DNA of 64,000 nucleotides from Candidatus Gygaella obscura (lineage in GTDB: Bacteria > Omnitrophota > Gorgyraeia > Gygaellales > Gygaellaceae), in contig JAVCCR010000017.1 of the NCBI GenBank assembly GCA_030765485.1, positions 10,298-74,297 of the forward strand, written 5' to 3'. Numbering within the stretch: position 1 is the stretch's first letter; every line of letters starts with the position of its first letter. Both the position numbers and the translations under genes were made by a program. The notes beneath the pieces are model-generated. The model was given only the letters and a program-made list of their open reading frames with translations, was not told the DNA's origin and searched no databases. Positions 37,486 through 46,837 of this stretch are shown here, piece by piece.

Positions 37486-38868
37486 TTAAAAATAACAAAC
37501 TGCATTGGGTAAAACTAAAGCTAAATCGACGCGTAATGTTTTTATAAGTGTGTAAACTAAAACTATTACAAAACTTGCCATTGCAAACCTTCTGACTATA
37601 ACATTACTTATTATGCATAACTTATTCCAAATCCAAACTATATGCTTAGTTCCTATAATAACCAAGAAAATAACTACAGCTAATATATACCGTGACTGGA
37701 ATACTTTCCACCACATATAAAAAAGCATAATTATTGATGCAGAAATAAGCAATAAATAATAAAATCTTTTATCTTCTTTTGATAGAAGAAAATAAAACGG
37801 GAACGCTCCAAAAACAAATATATAAAAAGGAGAATGCTCAATCAATTGGCCGACATAGAAAAACCAAGATTCTTTATCAAACATCATCATTTTCCATCCT
37901 GCTCTAGGAAAAGCAAACAAACTAAAAGCATTAACAAAATGCTTATAAGTAAAAATTAAAAACAAAGCAAATAAAATTAAAGCAATGTGTTTAGGGGCGA
38001 ATTTGATTCTTTTTCTTAATAAATTAACTAGTAAAAATAATAAACCCAAAACAATAATACCCAAAATAAGACCTTTTTGACGAAACCAATAAAGCCTATA
38101 AACGATATTATGCGTAGAATACATATCACCAAGAAATGTAGTCCCATAAGCTTTGTAGTTCCAGAAGAGCCATGGCAGAAGCATTAAAAAAGGAATAAGC
38201 AAAGAAAAAATAAAAGCTTTTTTCCTAAAAAGCTTTCTCTCAAATAAAACTGAATATGTAAATATAATAACTAAAGATAAGATCCCAGGATATTTAGTCA
38301 AGACAGCAAAACCTATAGAAACACAACTTAAAACAATAAACACGCTCTTCTGATTATCTTTTATATATCGAATAAACAAATACAAAGATAACACTGTAAA
38401 AAAAGACAATGTTGTTTCAAGCCAAATCTTTTGTGAACAAAGCCAACTAACAGGCTCGATTAACATTATAAAACTAGCAACAATCCCTATCTCCTTACCA
38501 AAAAGAGCTTTCCCAGCAAAATAAGTTAGTAAAATCATTGCTACACCGAAAAAAAGTGATACCAAAAAAGCGGAAAAATAAGTAATCCCGAATAACGCAA
38601 AACTTAAAGATACGAGAAAAGGAAATAATGGCGGATGTTTAAATATAGGTTTATTTAGATAATCCGGAAGCACGCGCCCTTTTTCAGAGTACGTATTAAA
38701 AATATCTTTGGAATTGTAATCAATAGGATTATCCAGTAACTTACTACCAAAATTTACATATAAAGACTCATCGAAAGTAAAATAATGCACTGAGCTAAAC
38801 CCTACTACCCGCAGAATAATGCTAGAGACAACTATCAAAAACAATAAAAAAGTTGTATTTTTTATCAT
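37486..38868 (-). CDS. GT-C fold glycosyltransferase (ArnT/PMT-like)
   Basis: FDESLY, HPPL, LTKYPG, PW, RY; about 12 TM helices. Confidence 0.85.
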   Translation of the reverse strand: MIKNTTFLLFLIVVSSIILRVVGFSSVHYFTFDESLYVNFGSKLLDNPIDYNSKDIFNTYSEKGRVLPDYLNKPIFKHPPLFPFLVSLSFALFGITYFSAFLVSLFFGVAMILLTYFAGKALFGKEIGIVASFIMLIEPVSWLCSQKIWLETTLSFFTVLSLYLFIRYIKDNQKSVFIVLSCVSIGFAVLTKYPGILSLVIIFTYSVLFERKLFRKKAFIFSLLIPFLMLLPWLFWNYKAYGTTFLGDMYSTHNIVYRLYWFRQKGLILGIIVLGLLFLLVNLLRKRIKFAPKHIALILFALFLIFTYKHFVNAFSLFAFPRAGWKMMMFDKESWFFYVGQLIEHSPFYIFVFGAFPFYFLLSKEDKRFYYLLLISASIIMLFYMWWKVFQSRYILAVVIFLVIIGTKHIVWIWNKLCIISNVIVRRFAMASFVIVLVYTLIKTLRVDLALVLPNAVCYF

Positions 38869-38885
38869 CGTATTATAAAAAAATA

Positions 38886-39839
38886 CTATAAAGCTTCTTT
38901 CTTTAATCGATACAACACATCTTCTATTAATTTTCTATTAGAAGCAATCAAATCGGCAAGAAGACCAATCAAGATAATCTGAAAACCAAAAATCAAAAAT
39001 ATTGCCACCAGGATAAGTGATTGGATATGCCCTGATCCTCCACCAGTAAAATAGAAATATAGAAATCTTACTCCAATAAATACCCCAAAAGAAAATGTAA
39101 TAGCACCTATTGTAAAAAATACTTTTAATGGATTAAACATAGAATATACCCTTATTATTGTTATTACTGATTTTAATAAATATTCAAAAATATTCTTGAA
39201 TAACCTTGATTTCCTTAATGATTTATTTGTATCTACTTCTATATTTTCTATAACAACGGACTCTTTTCCAGCTTGAATAATCGTTTCCAAAGTATAAGTA
39301 TAATCAGATAGCACATTAATTCTTAAAGCTGCTTCGCGCGAATAAGCTCGAAAACCTGTAGTTACATCTTGTATTCTTGTCCCTGACAAATGTCTAACAA
39401 CCCAGCTACCAAAATACTGAAGTATCTTCTTAAATAAAGAAAATGACCTTATACGATTTATTCTTCTGTTACCAATAACAATATCTGCTCGTCCTTCAAG
39501 AATAGGTTTTATTAATCGAGGGATATCTTCTCCTCTATACTGATTATCAGCATCCATATTCACAATTATATCAGCACCATTTTTTAAACAGCTATTCAAA
39601 CCTACCTTAAAAGCATTTGCTAACCCATGGGTTTTAGAGAGCCTTTCAATATGATCAACACCTAGCTTATCAGCTATTTCTTTTGTCTTATCTTTACTTC
39701 CATCATCAACTACTAATACTTCAACTTTAGCTACTCCATCAATACATCTTGAAATAGTATTTAAAGTAATAGGTAGTGTTTTTTCCTCATTCAAACAAGG
39801 AATCTGTACAATTAATTTAATATTTTTATTTTTTTCCAT
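38886..39839 (-). CDS. GT2 polyprenol-phosphate glycosyltransferase-like protein
   Basis: IPCLNEE, VDDGSKD, MDADNQY, DVTTGFRA; two C-terminal TM helices. Confidence 0.9.
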   Translation of the reverse strand: MEKNKNIKLIVQIPCLNEEKTLPITLNTISRCIDGVAKVEVLVVDDGSKDKTKEIADKLGVDHIERLSKTHGLANAFKVGLNSCLKNGADIIVNMDADNQYRGEDIPRLIKPILEGRADIVIGNRRINRIRSFSLFKKILQYFGSWVVRHLSGTRIQDVTTGFRAYSREAALRINVLSDYTYTLETIIQAGKESVVIENIEVDTNKSLRKSRLFKNIFEYLLKSVITIIRVYSMFNPLKVFFTIGAITFSFGVFIGVRFLYFYFTGGGSGHIQSLILVAIFLIFGFQIILIGLLADLIASNRKLIEDVLYRLKKEAL

Positions 39840-39859
39840 TCGTTATTACTTTAAGACAA

Positions 39860-39886
39860 GAGAGCTCTTTTAAAAAGAGCCCTCTC
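39860..39886 (-). terminator. Hairpin downstream of the small basic protein, possible terminator
   Basis: GAGAG-CTCTTT/AAAGAG-CTCTC inverted repeat; weak U tract. Confidence 0.45.
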
Positions 39887-39899
39887 ATCTATAACAATC

Positions 39900-40145
39900 C
39901 TACTTCTTCTTCTTTTTTTTCTTGCCGCCTCTTTTCATCTTGGCGCAAGAAACATCACCTTGCTTATCGACAAAATAAAGGTATCCTTCTTTCCTTACAA
40001 TACCGCATTTGGCTACTTTCTTTGGGCTTCCGCCTTTTTTACTGCCTCTAGCCATCTTTGCGCAAGAAACATCACCCTTCTTGTCAACATAATAAAGATA
40101 ACCTTTTTCCCTTTTTATTCCTACTTTCTCGACTTTCTGTGCCAT
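39900..40145 (-). CDS. Small Lys-rich hypothetical protein with an internal tandem duplication
   Basis: AAGGAGGTGA RBS; two copies of KVxKxGIxRxxGYLYxVDKxGDVSCAKMxRG; poly-Lys tail. Confidence 0.9.
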   Translation of the reverse strand: MAQKVEKVGIKREKGYLYYVDKKGDVSCAKMARGSKKGGSPKKVAKCGIVRKEGYLYFVDKQGDVSCAKMKRGGKKKKKKK

Positions 40146-40177
40146 CTCAATTCACCTCCTTTCAAATTTTTTTAAAA

Positions 40178-40972
40178 TTAAGAGCCTATTTTAAAATTAC
40201 TGAAAATATGCTCTAAAAGCATCTGTGCGGAAAGAACCGCTAAAAAACTTGTCTTGGGATTATCCGGACAAGGAATATTAAAAGTCTGAGTATATAAATC
40301 TGCAGCTTTAGATTCTACAAAAATCTTATGGCTATTACGTTTAATCTTAGGACCGGTAATAATCTTTACTCTTACTTTATCGAAATCCCTCACAGCCAAA
40401 GCCAAAGTTGCAGCAACATTAATATTTTTGGGATATTTCTTTACAGCCATCTTTACGCTTCCTTTAAAAATAACCTGTTCTTTGGTAATCTTATCTTTAC
40501 CTAAGCTACCCCTTAAACCTCTTAAAGGCTTATAAGTAGTAAGAGTAATCCTTTTTAAATCGTACAAATGAGCTGCCTTAATAGCATCAATTCCAGCAAT
40601 TGCACCGCTTGGGACATAAAGAACCCCTTTGGAATTTTTCAATAAAGAAAATAGTTCTTTCTTTACCAAACCACCTACACTCATTACCAATGCGTCTTTA
40701 TTTAATTTTAAAGCAGTTTTAACAATAGTAAATGAAATTCCAACGGAAGCGCTTTCAATAATGAGATCGCATTGTTTAATAAGATTTTCTATTGATAAAA
40801 CTTTTGGGTGGGACTTTATTTTAAAAGAAAGTTCTTTTGCCTTAATAGAATCAATATCACATAAAGCAACTACATTAGCAAAACAAGACAACTTCTTATC
40901 TATATACAAAGCAAGACGGGAACCAATTGCACCGCAACCAATAATTCCTATTCTTTTGATTTTTGCTTTCAA
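40178..40972 (-). CDS. nadX: L-aspartate dehydrogenase
   Basis: GCGAIG, MSVGGL, PSGAIAGIDA, PKNINVAATL, NSH, NPKTS. Confidence 0.9.
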   Translation of the reverse strand: MKAKIKRIGIIGCGAIGSRLALYIDKKLSCFANVVALCDIDSIKAKELSFKIKSHPKVLSIENLIKQCDLIIESASVGISFTIVKTALKLNKDALVMSVGGLVKKELFSLLKNSKGVLYVPSGAIAGIDAIKAAHLYDLKRITLTTYKPLRGLRGSLGKDKITKEQVIFKGSVKMAVKKYPKNINVAATLALAVRDFDKVRVKIITGPKIKRNSHKIFVESKAADLYTQTFNIPCPDNPKTSFLAVLSAQMLLEHIFSNFKIGS

Positions 40973-40982
40973 TTATTTGTAG

Positions 40983-41813
40983 TTAAATAATCATATTATC
41001 AATCAACCTTACTCCTGCAATACGTGCCGCAACCACGAATAAAACTTTACCGGTTATTTTATTTACCGGACTCAGTGACACATCAAGAATCTCTACGTAT
41101 TCAACATCCATATGCTTTGAAATTGTATCGACGATAAACTTCTTTATCACCGTCGGGTTAACTTCATTTAATTTTACCAGAGTTTTTGATCTTTGTAAAG
41201 CACGATAAATTATCGTAGCCCTCTCTCGGTTTTTCTTAGAAAGATACTTATTTCTTGAACTCATAGCTAATCCACTAGCTTCTCTTACTGTCGGCATAAG
41301 CTTCAACCGAATCGATAAATTCAAATCCTCCAACATCTTCTTTATAATAACGTATTGCTGATAATCTTTTTGTCCTAGGTAAAAAATATCGGGCTGAACT
41401 ATATTTAATAACTTAAGCACAATCGTAGTGACCCCCTTAAAATGTCCCAGACGCACTTTTCCACAAAGAATATTACTTAATTTATCCACCTCAACATAAG
41501 TAAGATGACTTTTGTCATAAATTTCATCCTCACCAGGATAAAAAACAAAATCTACGCCGGATTTTCTAGCAAGTGATAAATCACGTTTTAAAGCTCTAGG
41601 ATATTTTTTAAAATCTTCCTTCGGCCCGAACTGTTTTGGATTTACAAAAATACTAACAACCGTAATATCATTATCTTTTGCTGACTGAGCGCATAATGAT
41701 AAGTGTCCTTTATGGAAACAGCCCATAGTTGGAATAAAACCAATAGATTTCCCTTTTAGCTTTAATAAACTTATTTTTTTCTGAATTAAACTTACCTTCT
41801 TAATTAATTGCAT
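40983..41813 (-). CDS. panC: Pantoate-beta-alanine ligase
   Basis: PTMG..HKGH, SIFVNPKQF, GQKDYQQ, GLAMSSRN, RLIDN. Confidence 0.97.
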   Translation of the reverse strand: MQLIKKVSLIQKKISLLKLKGKSIGFIPTMGCFHKGHLSLCAQSAKDNDITVVSIFVNPKQFGPKEDFKKYPRALKRDLSLARKSGVDFVFYPGEDEIYDKSHLTYVEVDKLSNILCGKVRLGHFKGVTTIVLKLLNIVQPDIFYLGQKDYQQYVIIKKMLEDLNLSIRLKLMPTVREASGLAMSSRNKYLSKKNRERATIIYRALQRSKTLVKLNEVNPTVIKKFIVDTISKHMDVEYVEILDVSLSPVNKITGKVLFVVAARIAGVRLIDNMII

Positions 41814-42276
41814 TTAATCGCTCCTTAAATTCAGAGAAATTCTTTATTTTAGTCTTTTTCGATAAGCCAAGGATTTCTTTTAGGGGATTAAGCACGAAAA
41901 GCCTTTTAAACATCTGCGGATGCGGAATTATTAAATTTGAAAAATTAAATGTTTTGGTTCCGTAGGTAAGAATATCCAAATCAATCACCCTAGGACCATT
42001 ACAAAATGTCTTAAAACGGCCTAATTTAAACTCAATATCCTTTAAAAACACCAGTAAATCTTTGGGCTTTAACGTAGTTTCTAAACTAATAACTGAATTG
42101 ATAAAATGTGGCTGATTCTTATATCCTTTAGGTTTTGTTTTTATAAAGGCTGATTTTTTAATAAGATTATTTCTCTTATCGGAAGTTATTAATTCTATTG
42201 CTTTATTGATATTGTTTTTTTTTCTACCGAGATTAGTGCCAAGTGCAATAAAAACGATTTCCTGTTTACTTGCCAT
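41800..42276 (-). CDS. folK: HPPK, 6-hydroxymethyl-7,8-dihydropterin pyrophosphokinase
   Basis: IALGTNLG, GPRVIDLDIL, IPHP, RLFVL.PL. Confidence 0.95.
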   Translation of the reverse strand: MASKQEIVFIALGTNLGRKKNNINKAIELITSDKRNNLIKKSAFIKTKPKGYKNQPHFINSVISLETTLKPKDLLVFLKDIEFKLGRFKTFCNGPRVIDLDILTYGTKTFNFSNLIIPHPQMFKRLFVLNPLKEILGLSKKTKIKNFSEFKERLNAIN

Positions 42277-42282
42277 AAGTTA

Positions 42283-43176
42283 TCAGAAGAAAACTATTCT
42301 ATTTTTCCCAAGGTTTTTGGCTTCTTTTAAAGCATTGGTAGCAGTTGCAAGAATTTCTTCATAACTCTTGCCGTCCTCAGGAAAAGCCGCCATTCCAATA
42401 CTGACCGTTAACTCACCCTTATGTTTTAAACCAATAAAGTTTTCCTGCCTGATTAAAGATAAAAGCCTTGTACCCATTATAAAAGCTCCGTCTTTTTTTG
42501 TTTCAGGCAAAATAACTGAAAACTCATCCGGGCCAAATCTACAAACACAATCGCTTTTGCGGGCACCGGCATAAACAAGCTCTCCCAACATCTTTAAAAT
42601 ATTATTAGCAATCTCTTTACCATAACTATTAGTAATAAATTTAAAATTATCAATGTCTACTAAAAGAATTATAAACTCAGATGGGTATCTCTGCGATCTA
42701 TTAATTTCAATCTTCAAGGCTTCTTCAAAATATGTATGGTTATATATTTTGGTCACTTCATCTTTAAAAACATCTAAATGTTTATCTTTTAATTCATCAT
42801 CAACATTCTGCATCTCTAGGGTATTTTCAATTACCATACGCAGTTCATGAAGATTAAAAGGCTTCATTATATAATCATGGGCTCCTTCATTTAATGCAGC
42901 TGCAGCCTGCATAATAGAATCATAATTAGTAGCAACTATAATCCTTGATTCAGAATTCTTCTGCTTGAATTTCCTGATAACCTCAACTGCCTTACCGAAC
43001 TCTTTTACCTTGATTTCAGCGATAATTACCCCAAAGGGCTGATCTTTAATCCTATCTAAAGCCTCATTATAAGAAGAAACACCAACAACATTGTAGCCTG
43101 CTTTTAAAAGATCCGATTCAACCATCTTTCGAGTAAACTCATTACTTTCAATAAAAACAATATTTTGATTCAACAT
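42283..43176 (-). CDS. Receiver + GGDEF domain protein, both domains degenerate
   Basis: REC fold with DYIMKPF; DIDNFK, RKSD, RFGPDEF, LTVSIG, GKNR. Confidence 0.85.
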   Translation of the reverse strand: MLNQNIVFIESNEFTRKMVESDLLKAGYNVVGVSSYNEALDRIKDQPFGVIIAEIKVKEFGKAVEVIRKFKQKNSESRIIVATNYDSIMQAAAALNEGAHDYIMKPFNLHELRMVIENTLEMQNVDDELKDKHLDVFKDEVTKIYNHTYFEEALKIEINRSQRYPSEFIILLVDIDNFKFITNSYGKEIANNILKMLGELVYAGARKSDCVCRFGPDEFSVILPETKKDGAFIMGTRLLSLIRQENFIGLKHKGELTVSIGMAAFPEDGKSYEEILATATNALKEAKNLGKNRIVFF

Positions 43177-43195
43177 AACAAATCTCCCTTATCTG

Positions 43196-44359
43196 TTATT
43201 TTAATCTAGAAAGCCGAGAAACTCCCTTTTTCAATAAATTTTCTCCCACAGTAAGCGATATCCTAAAATACCCTTCTCCGTATTTACCAAAACCTACTCC
43301 AGGAGTAACAACCATGTCGCATTTATCTAAAACCAGCTTAGAAAACTCAATAGAACTTATCTCACCAGGCACTTTAACCCAAACATAGAATGTAGCGCTG
43401 CTTTCAAAAAAATCCCAGCCAAGGCTTCTTAAGCCTTTACTTACAATTTCACGGCGATCTCTATAAATCTTATTATTCTTTTCAAGAAAGCTTTTGGGTG
43501 TTTTTAAAGCAGTTATACCGGCAAGTTGAATTGCCTGAAAAACCCCTGAATCAATATTGCTTTTAAATTTTGCAATTTCCTTTATTATTTTTTCATTTCC
43601 ACAAACCCAACCTAAACGCCAACCTGTCATATTGTATGTTTTAGACAAGGAATGAAACTCTACAGCTATTTTCTTTGCTCCGGGAACTTGTAAGATGCTC
43701 GGGGGCTTCATCTTACCATAGAACATTTCAGAATAAGCTTCATCAGAAGCTATAATAATATTATTTTTCTTGGCTAATCTTACCAAATCCTTGAAAAAAC
43801 TCAATGGAGCCAAAGCGGAAGTTGGATTATTGGGATAATTGATAAAAATCAGCTTGGCTTTCTTTAAGACTGCCTTTGGAATCTTACCCAACTCAGGAAA
43901 AAAACTATTTTTCTCCAGTAAGGGCATCAAAAAAGGCTTTGCTCCTGCAAGGATAGTACAATTTCTATAAGGCGGGTAACACGGATCAGGAACAAGATTA
44001 TAATCACCTTTATTGTTTAGTATAAAAGGAAGATGTGAAATCCCGTCTTTTGAACCTAAAAGCGGTTGAATCTCTTTATCAAAATTAAGTGTAACCGAAA
44101 ATCTTTTTTTATACCAATTAGCAATTTCTTTCCTTAAATCCGGCATCCCTTTATCTAAAGCATACCTGTGATTTTGCGGATCGCGTGCAGCCTTACAAAG
44201 AGAATCAATTATATGATTTGGTGTCGGCAGATCAGGGTCCCCAATGCCTAAATCAATTATTGACCGTCCTTGTGCACGCGCCTGCCTTTTGGCTTTATCA
44301 ATTTCTAAGAACAGATAAGGCGGCAATTTTAAAAGATTGGCATTTGTTGTTATGCTCAT
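43196..44359 (-). CDS. dapL: LL-diaminopimelate aminotransferase
   Basis: LPPYLF, DLGIGDPD, NYPNNPT, EFHSLSKTYNMTGWR; located within dap cluster. Confidence 0.88.
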   Translation of the reverse strand: MSITTNANLLKLPPYLFLEIDKAKRQARAQGRSIIDLGIGDPDLPTPNHIIDSLCKAARDPQNHRYALDKGMPDLRKEIANWYKKRFSVTLNFDKEIQPLLGSKDGISHLPFILNNKGDYNLVPDPCYPPYRNCTILAGAKPFLMPLLEKNSFFPELGKIPKAVLKKAKLIFINYPNNPTSALAPLSFFKDLVRLAKKNNIIIASDEAYSEMFYGKMKPPSILQVPGAKKIAVEFHSLSKTYNMTGWRLGWVCGNEKIIKEIAKFKSNIDSGVFQAIQLAGITALKTPKSFLEKNNKIYRDRREIVSKGLRSLGWDFFESSATFYVWVKVPGEISSIEFSKLVLDKCDMVVTPGVGFGKYGEGYFRISLTVGENLLKKGVSRLSRLK

Positions 44360-45069
44360 TTTCCTTCCAGAATATCAAGCATGCTGTAAAGTCCTGCATT
44401 TTTACCAACAACCCACTTTGCGGCCAACAAAGCGCCTTCGGCGAATATATCACGTGTTTTGGCGCTGTGAGATAGCTCTATCTTGTCGAATTCACCATCA
44501 AAAATAATTTTATGATCGCCGATTATCTCACCCTCTCTTATTGAATCAATATTTTCTATTTTTAAAGATTTTTCCTCAATAATTTCCTTTATTTTTTTTG
44601 CTGTACCAGAAGGAGCATCCTTTTTATGTACATGGTGCGCTTCGATTATATTAACCTTATAACCCGAAAGTTTGCTGGATGCATCCTTTACCAACTTAAA
44701 TAATAAATTAACACCGAAAGACATATTAGGCGAGAATACAACCGGAATCTTTTCGGCAGCATTTTTTATTTTATCTTTCCCTGAACAATCAAAACCAGTC
44801 GTCCCTATAACCATAGGCTTTTTATATTCAACTGCCTTTTCTAAATTTTTAAGCGTAGCACCGACTGCGCTAAAATCAATCAGGCAATCTGCTTGTTTTA
44901 TATCAGAAACAGAACATGAAAGTTTAATTCCTGAATAATCCTTACCTAAATCAGCATGATTTTCTTTTTCAAGCAAGCAAATAATTTTAAATGAATCATC
45001 TTTTAAAGACAACGCGCTAATGCGCCTGCCCATTTTTCCCATTGCTCCGCCTATTGCAAGTTTTAACAT
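44356..45069 (-). CDS. dapB: 4-hydroxy-tetrahydrodipicolinate reductase
   Basis: GAMGKMG, GTTG, EAHHVHKKDAPSGTA. Confidence 0.97.
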   Translation of the reverse strand: MLKLAIGGAMGKMGRRISALSLKDDSFKIICLLEKENHADLGKDYSGIKLSCSVSDIKQADCLIDFSAVGATLKNLEKAVEYKKPMVIGTTGFDCSGKDKIKNAAEKIPVVFSPNMSFGVNLLFKLVKDASSKLSGYKVNIIEAHHVHKKDAPSGTAKKIKEIIEEKSLKIENIDSIREGEIIGDHKIIFDGEFDKIELSHSAKTRDIFAEGALLAAKWVVGKNAGLYSMLDILEGK

Positions 45070-45082
45070 AGTGCTCCTAATA

Positions 45083-45961
45083 TTATTTTAATAACCCGTA
45101 ATTTTTTAAAGCCTCTTTTAACTTGGCTTCATTTTCCTTTAACATAGCACACATAGGAAGCCTTAAATCAAAATTGCACATATTCAATAACCCCATAGCT
45201 GTTTTTACCGGTATTGGATTTGTTTCTATAAACATCGCCTTTACAAGCGGCAGCAGTCTATAATGGATCTCTTGAGCCTTATCAATTTGGCCATTTTTAA
45301 AAGCAGATGTCATATCCGCAACTTCTTTAGGAACGATATTTGCCACAACCGAAATTACCCCTACCCCGCCAATACCCATTACCGGAAGAGTCAAAGCATC
45401 ATCTCCTGAGACAAGCTCAAAATCATTACTGCAAAGACTTCTTATCTTTGACATCTGATCAAGGCTACCTGATGCCTCCTTGACAGCAACTATATTCTTA
45501 CAATCACGATCCAACTTTGCAATTGTTTCAGGCATTATATTTATGCCGGTACGCGATGGAATATTATAAAGAATTATTGGAATATCCACAGAATCTGCAA
45601 TTGCCTTAAAATGCTCATAAAGCCCTTTCTGAGTGGGTTTATTATAATATGGGGCAACCTGCAACGATGCATTAGCGCCTAATTTGGCTGCATCTTTAGT
45701 TAAGATAATTGCTTCTTTGGTAGAATTCGAACCTGTTCCGGCAATAACCGGTATTTTCTTATCAGCTTGCTCTATAGTAATCCTTATTGCCTGCTCATGC
45801 TCCTCTACGCTTAAGGTGGCTGATTCTCCAGTAGTACCGCAAGAAAGAATTGAAGCTGTGCCATTTTTTATATGAAAATCAACTAATTTACGCAGACACG
45901 CTTCATCGATTTTATCATCTTTAAAAGGTGTTATTATTGCAACGGATGAGCCTTTAAACAT
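45083..45961 (-). CDS. dapA: 4-hydroxy-tetrahydrodipicolinate synthase
   Basis: GTTGES, GTGSNST, PYYNKP, YNIPSRTG, KEASG, NPIPVK. Confidence 0.97.
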   Translation of the reverse strand: MFKGSSVAIITPFKDDKIDEACLRKLVDFHIKNGTASILSCGTTGESATLSVEEHEQAIRITIEQADKKIPVIAGTGSNSTKEAIILTKDAAKLGANASLQVAPYYNKPTQKGLYEHFKAIADSVDIPIILYNIPSRTGINIMPETIAKLDRDCKNIVAVKEASGSLDQMSKIRSLCSNDFELVSGDDALTLPVMGIGGVGVISVVANIVPKEVADMTSAFKNGQIDKAQEIHYRLLPLVKAMFIETNPIPVKTAMGLLNMCNFDLRLPMCAMLKENEAKLKEALKNYGLLK

Positions 45962-45976
45962 TTTTCATTTCCTCCT

Positions 45977-46837
45977 CTAGTTACAACCAATTAAATCCTT
46001 TGAAACCTCACCTTTATAAACTATATCTGCTTTACCTTCAAGCCAAACATCAGTAACTTGTTTTTTTGATATCACATTATAACAAATCAATAGCTTCTCT
46101 TTTGAAACAGGCTTTACCTTAATTTTTATATTGCCTTTTCGATTAAATAAAACCCCTGCTATGATTGCAGCGGCTGTTGAACCTGTACCGCAGGAAAGTG
46201 TTTCAGCTTCCACGCCGCGCTCATAGGTCCTTATTTTAATATTGCTGTTATTTTCTATAGTAACAAAATTTACATTGGTACCCGCGGGTTTAAATTTTTT
46301 ATGAAAACGGATTTCCCTTGCTATAGGAACTATATCAAGTTTAGATAACCTATCAGAAAAGAAAACTACGTGAGGCACGCCGGTATTTATAAAATGAACA
46401 TTAAAAACCTTGCCATTTATTTTCAAAGGAACATCGAGCTTTAAATCTTTCGGATCAGTTAATTTAACCTTTACTATGTCAGAATTTACTTGGGCCTGAA
46501 GCAATCCAGCCATGGTCTTGATCTTAAGCCTTTTAGAGCATCTTTTACTACGCATAATCATAGAAGTGTAATATAAAGCAGCGCACCTTGAACCATTACC
46601 GCACATTTCAGCTTCTGATCCATCAACGTTAAAAATACGCATCCTGAAATCCGCCCCCTTAAAAGGTTCAAGCACAAGAACACCATCAGCACCTACACCA
46701 AACTTCCTATCACAGGCATATCTGGAAAAATCTGATAGCTTTGCGGTTGAAACAGGCAAATTACTATGTTTAAACCTATCCACCACTAAAAAGTCATTAC
46801 CGGAAGCTACCATTTTGACGAATTTTAGTACTTTCAT
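45977..46837 (-). CDS. dapF: Diaminopimelate epimerase
   Basis: GNDF, GADG, EMCGNG, GVPH, ERGVEAETLSCGTG. Confidence 0.97.
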   Translation of the reverse strand: MKVLKFVKMVASGNDFLVVDRFKHSNLPVSTAKLSDFSRYACDRKFGVGADGVLVLEPFKGADFRMRIFNVDGSEAEMCGNGSRCAALYYTSMIMRSKRCSKRLKIKTMAGLLQAQVNSDIVKVKLTDPKDLKLDVPLKINGKVFNVHFINTGVPHVVFFSDRLSKLDIVPIAREIRFHKKFKPAGTNVNFVTIENNSNIKIRTYERGVEAETLSCGTGSTAAAIIAGVLFNRKGNIKIKVKPVSKEKLLICYNVISKKQVTDVWLEGKADIVYKGEVSKDLIGCN

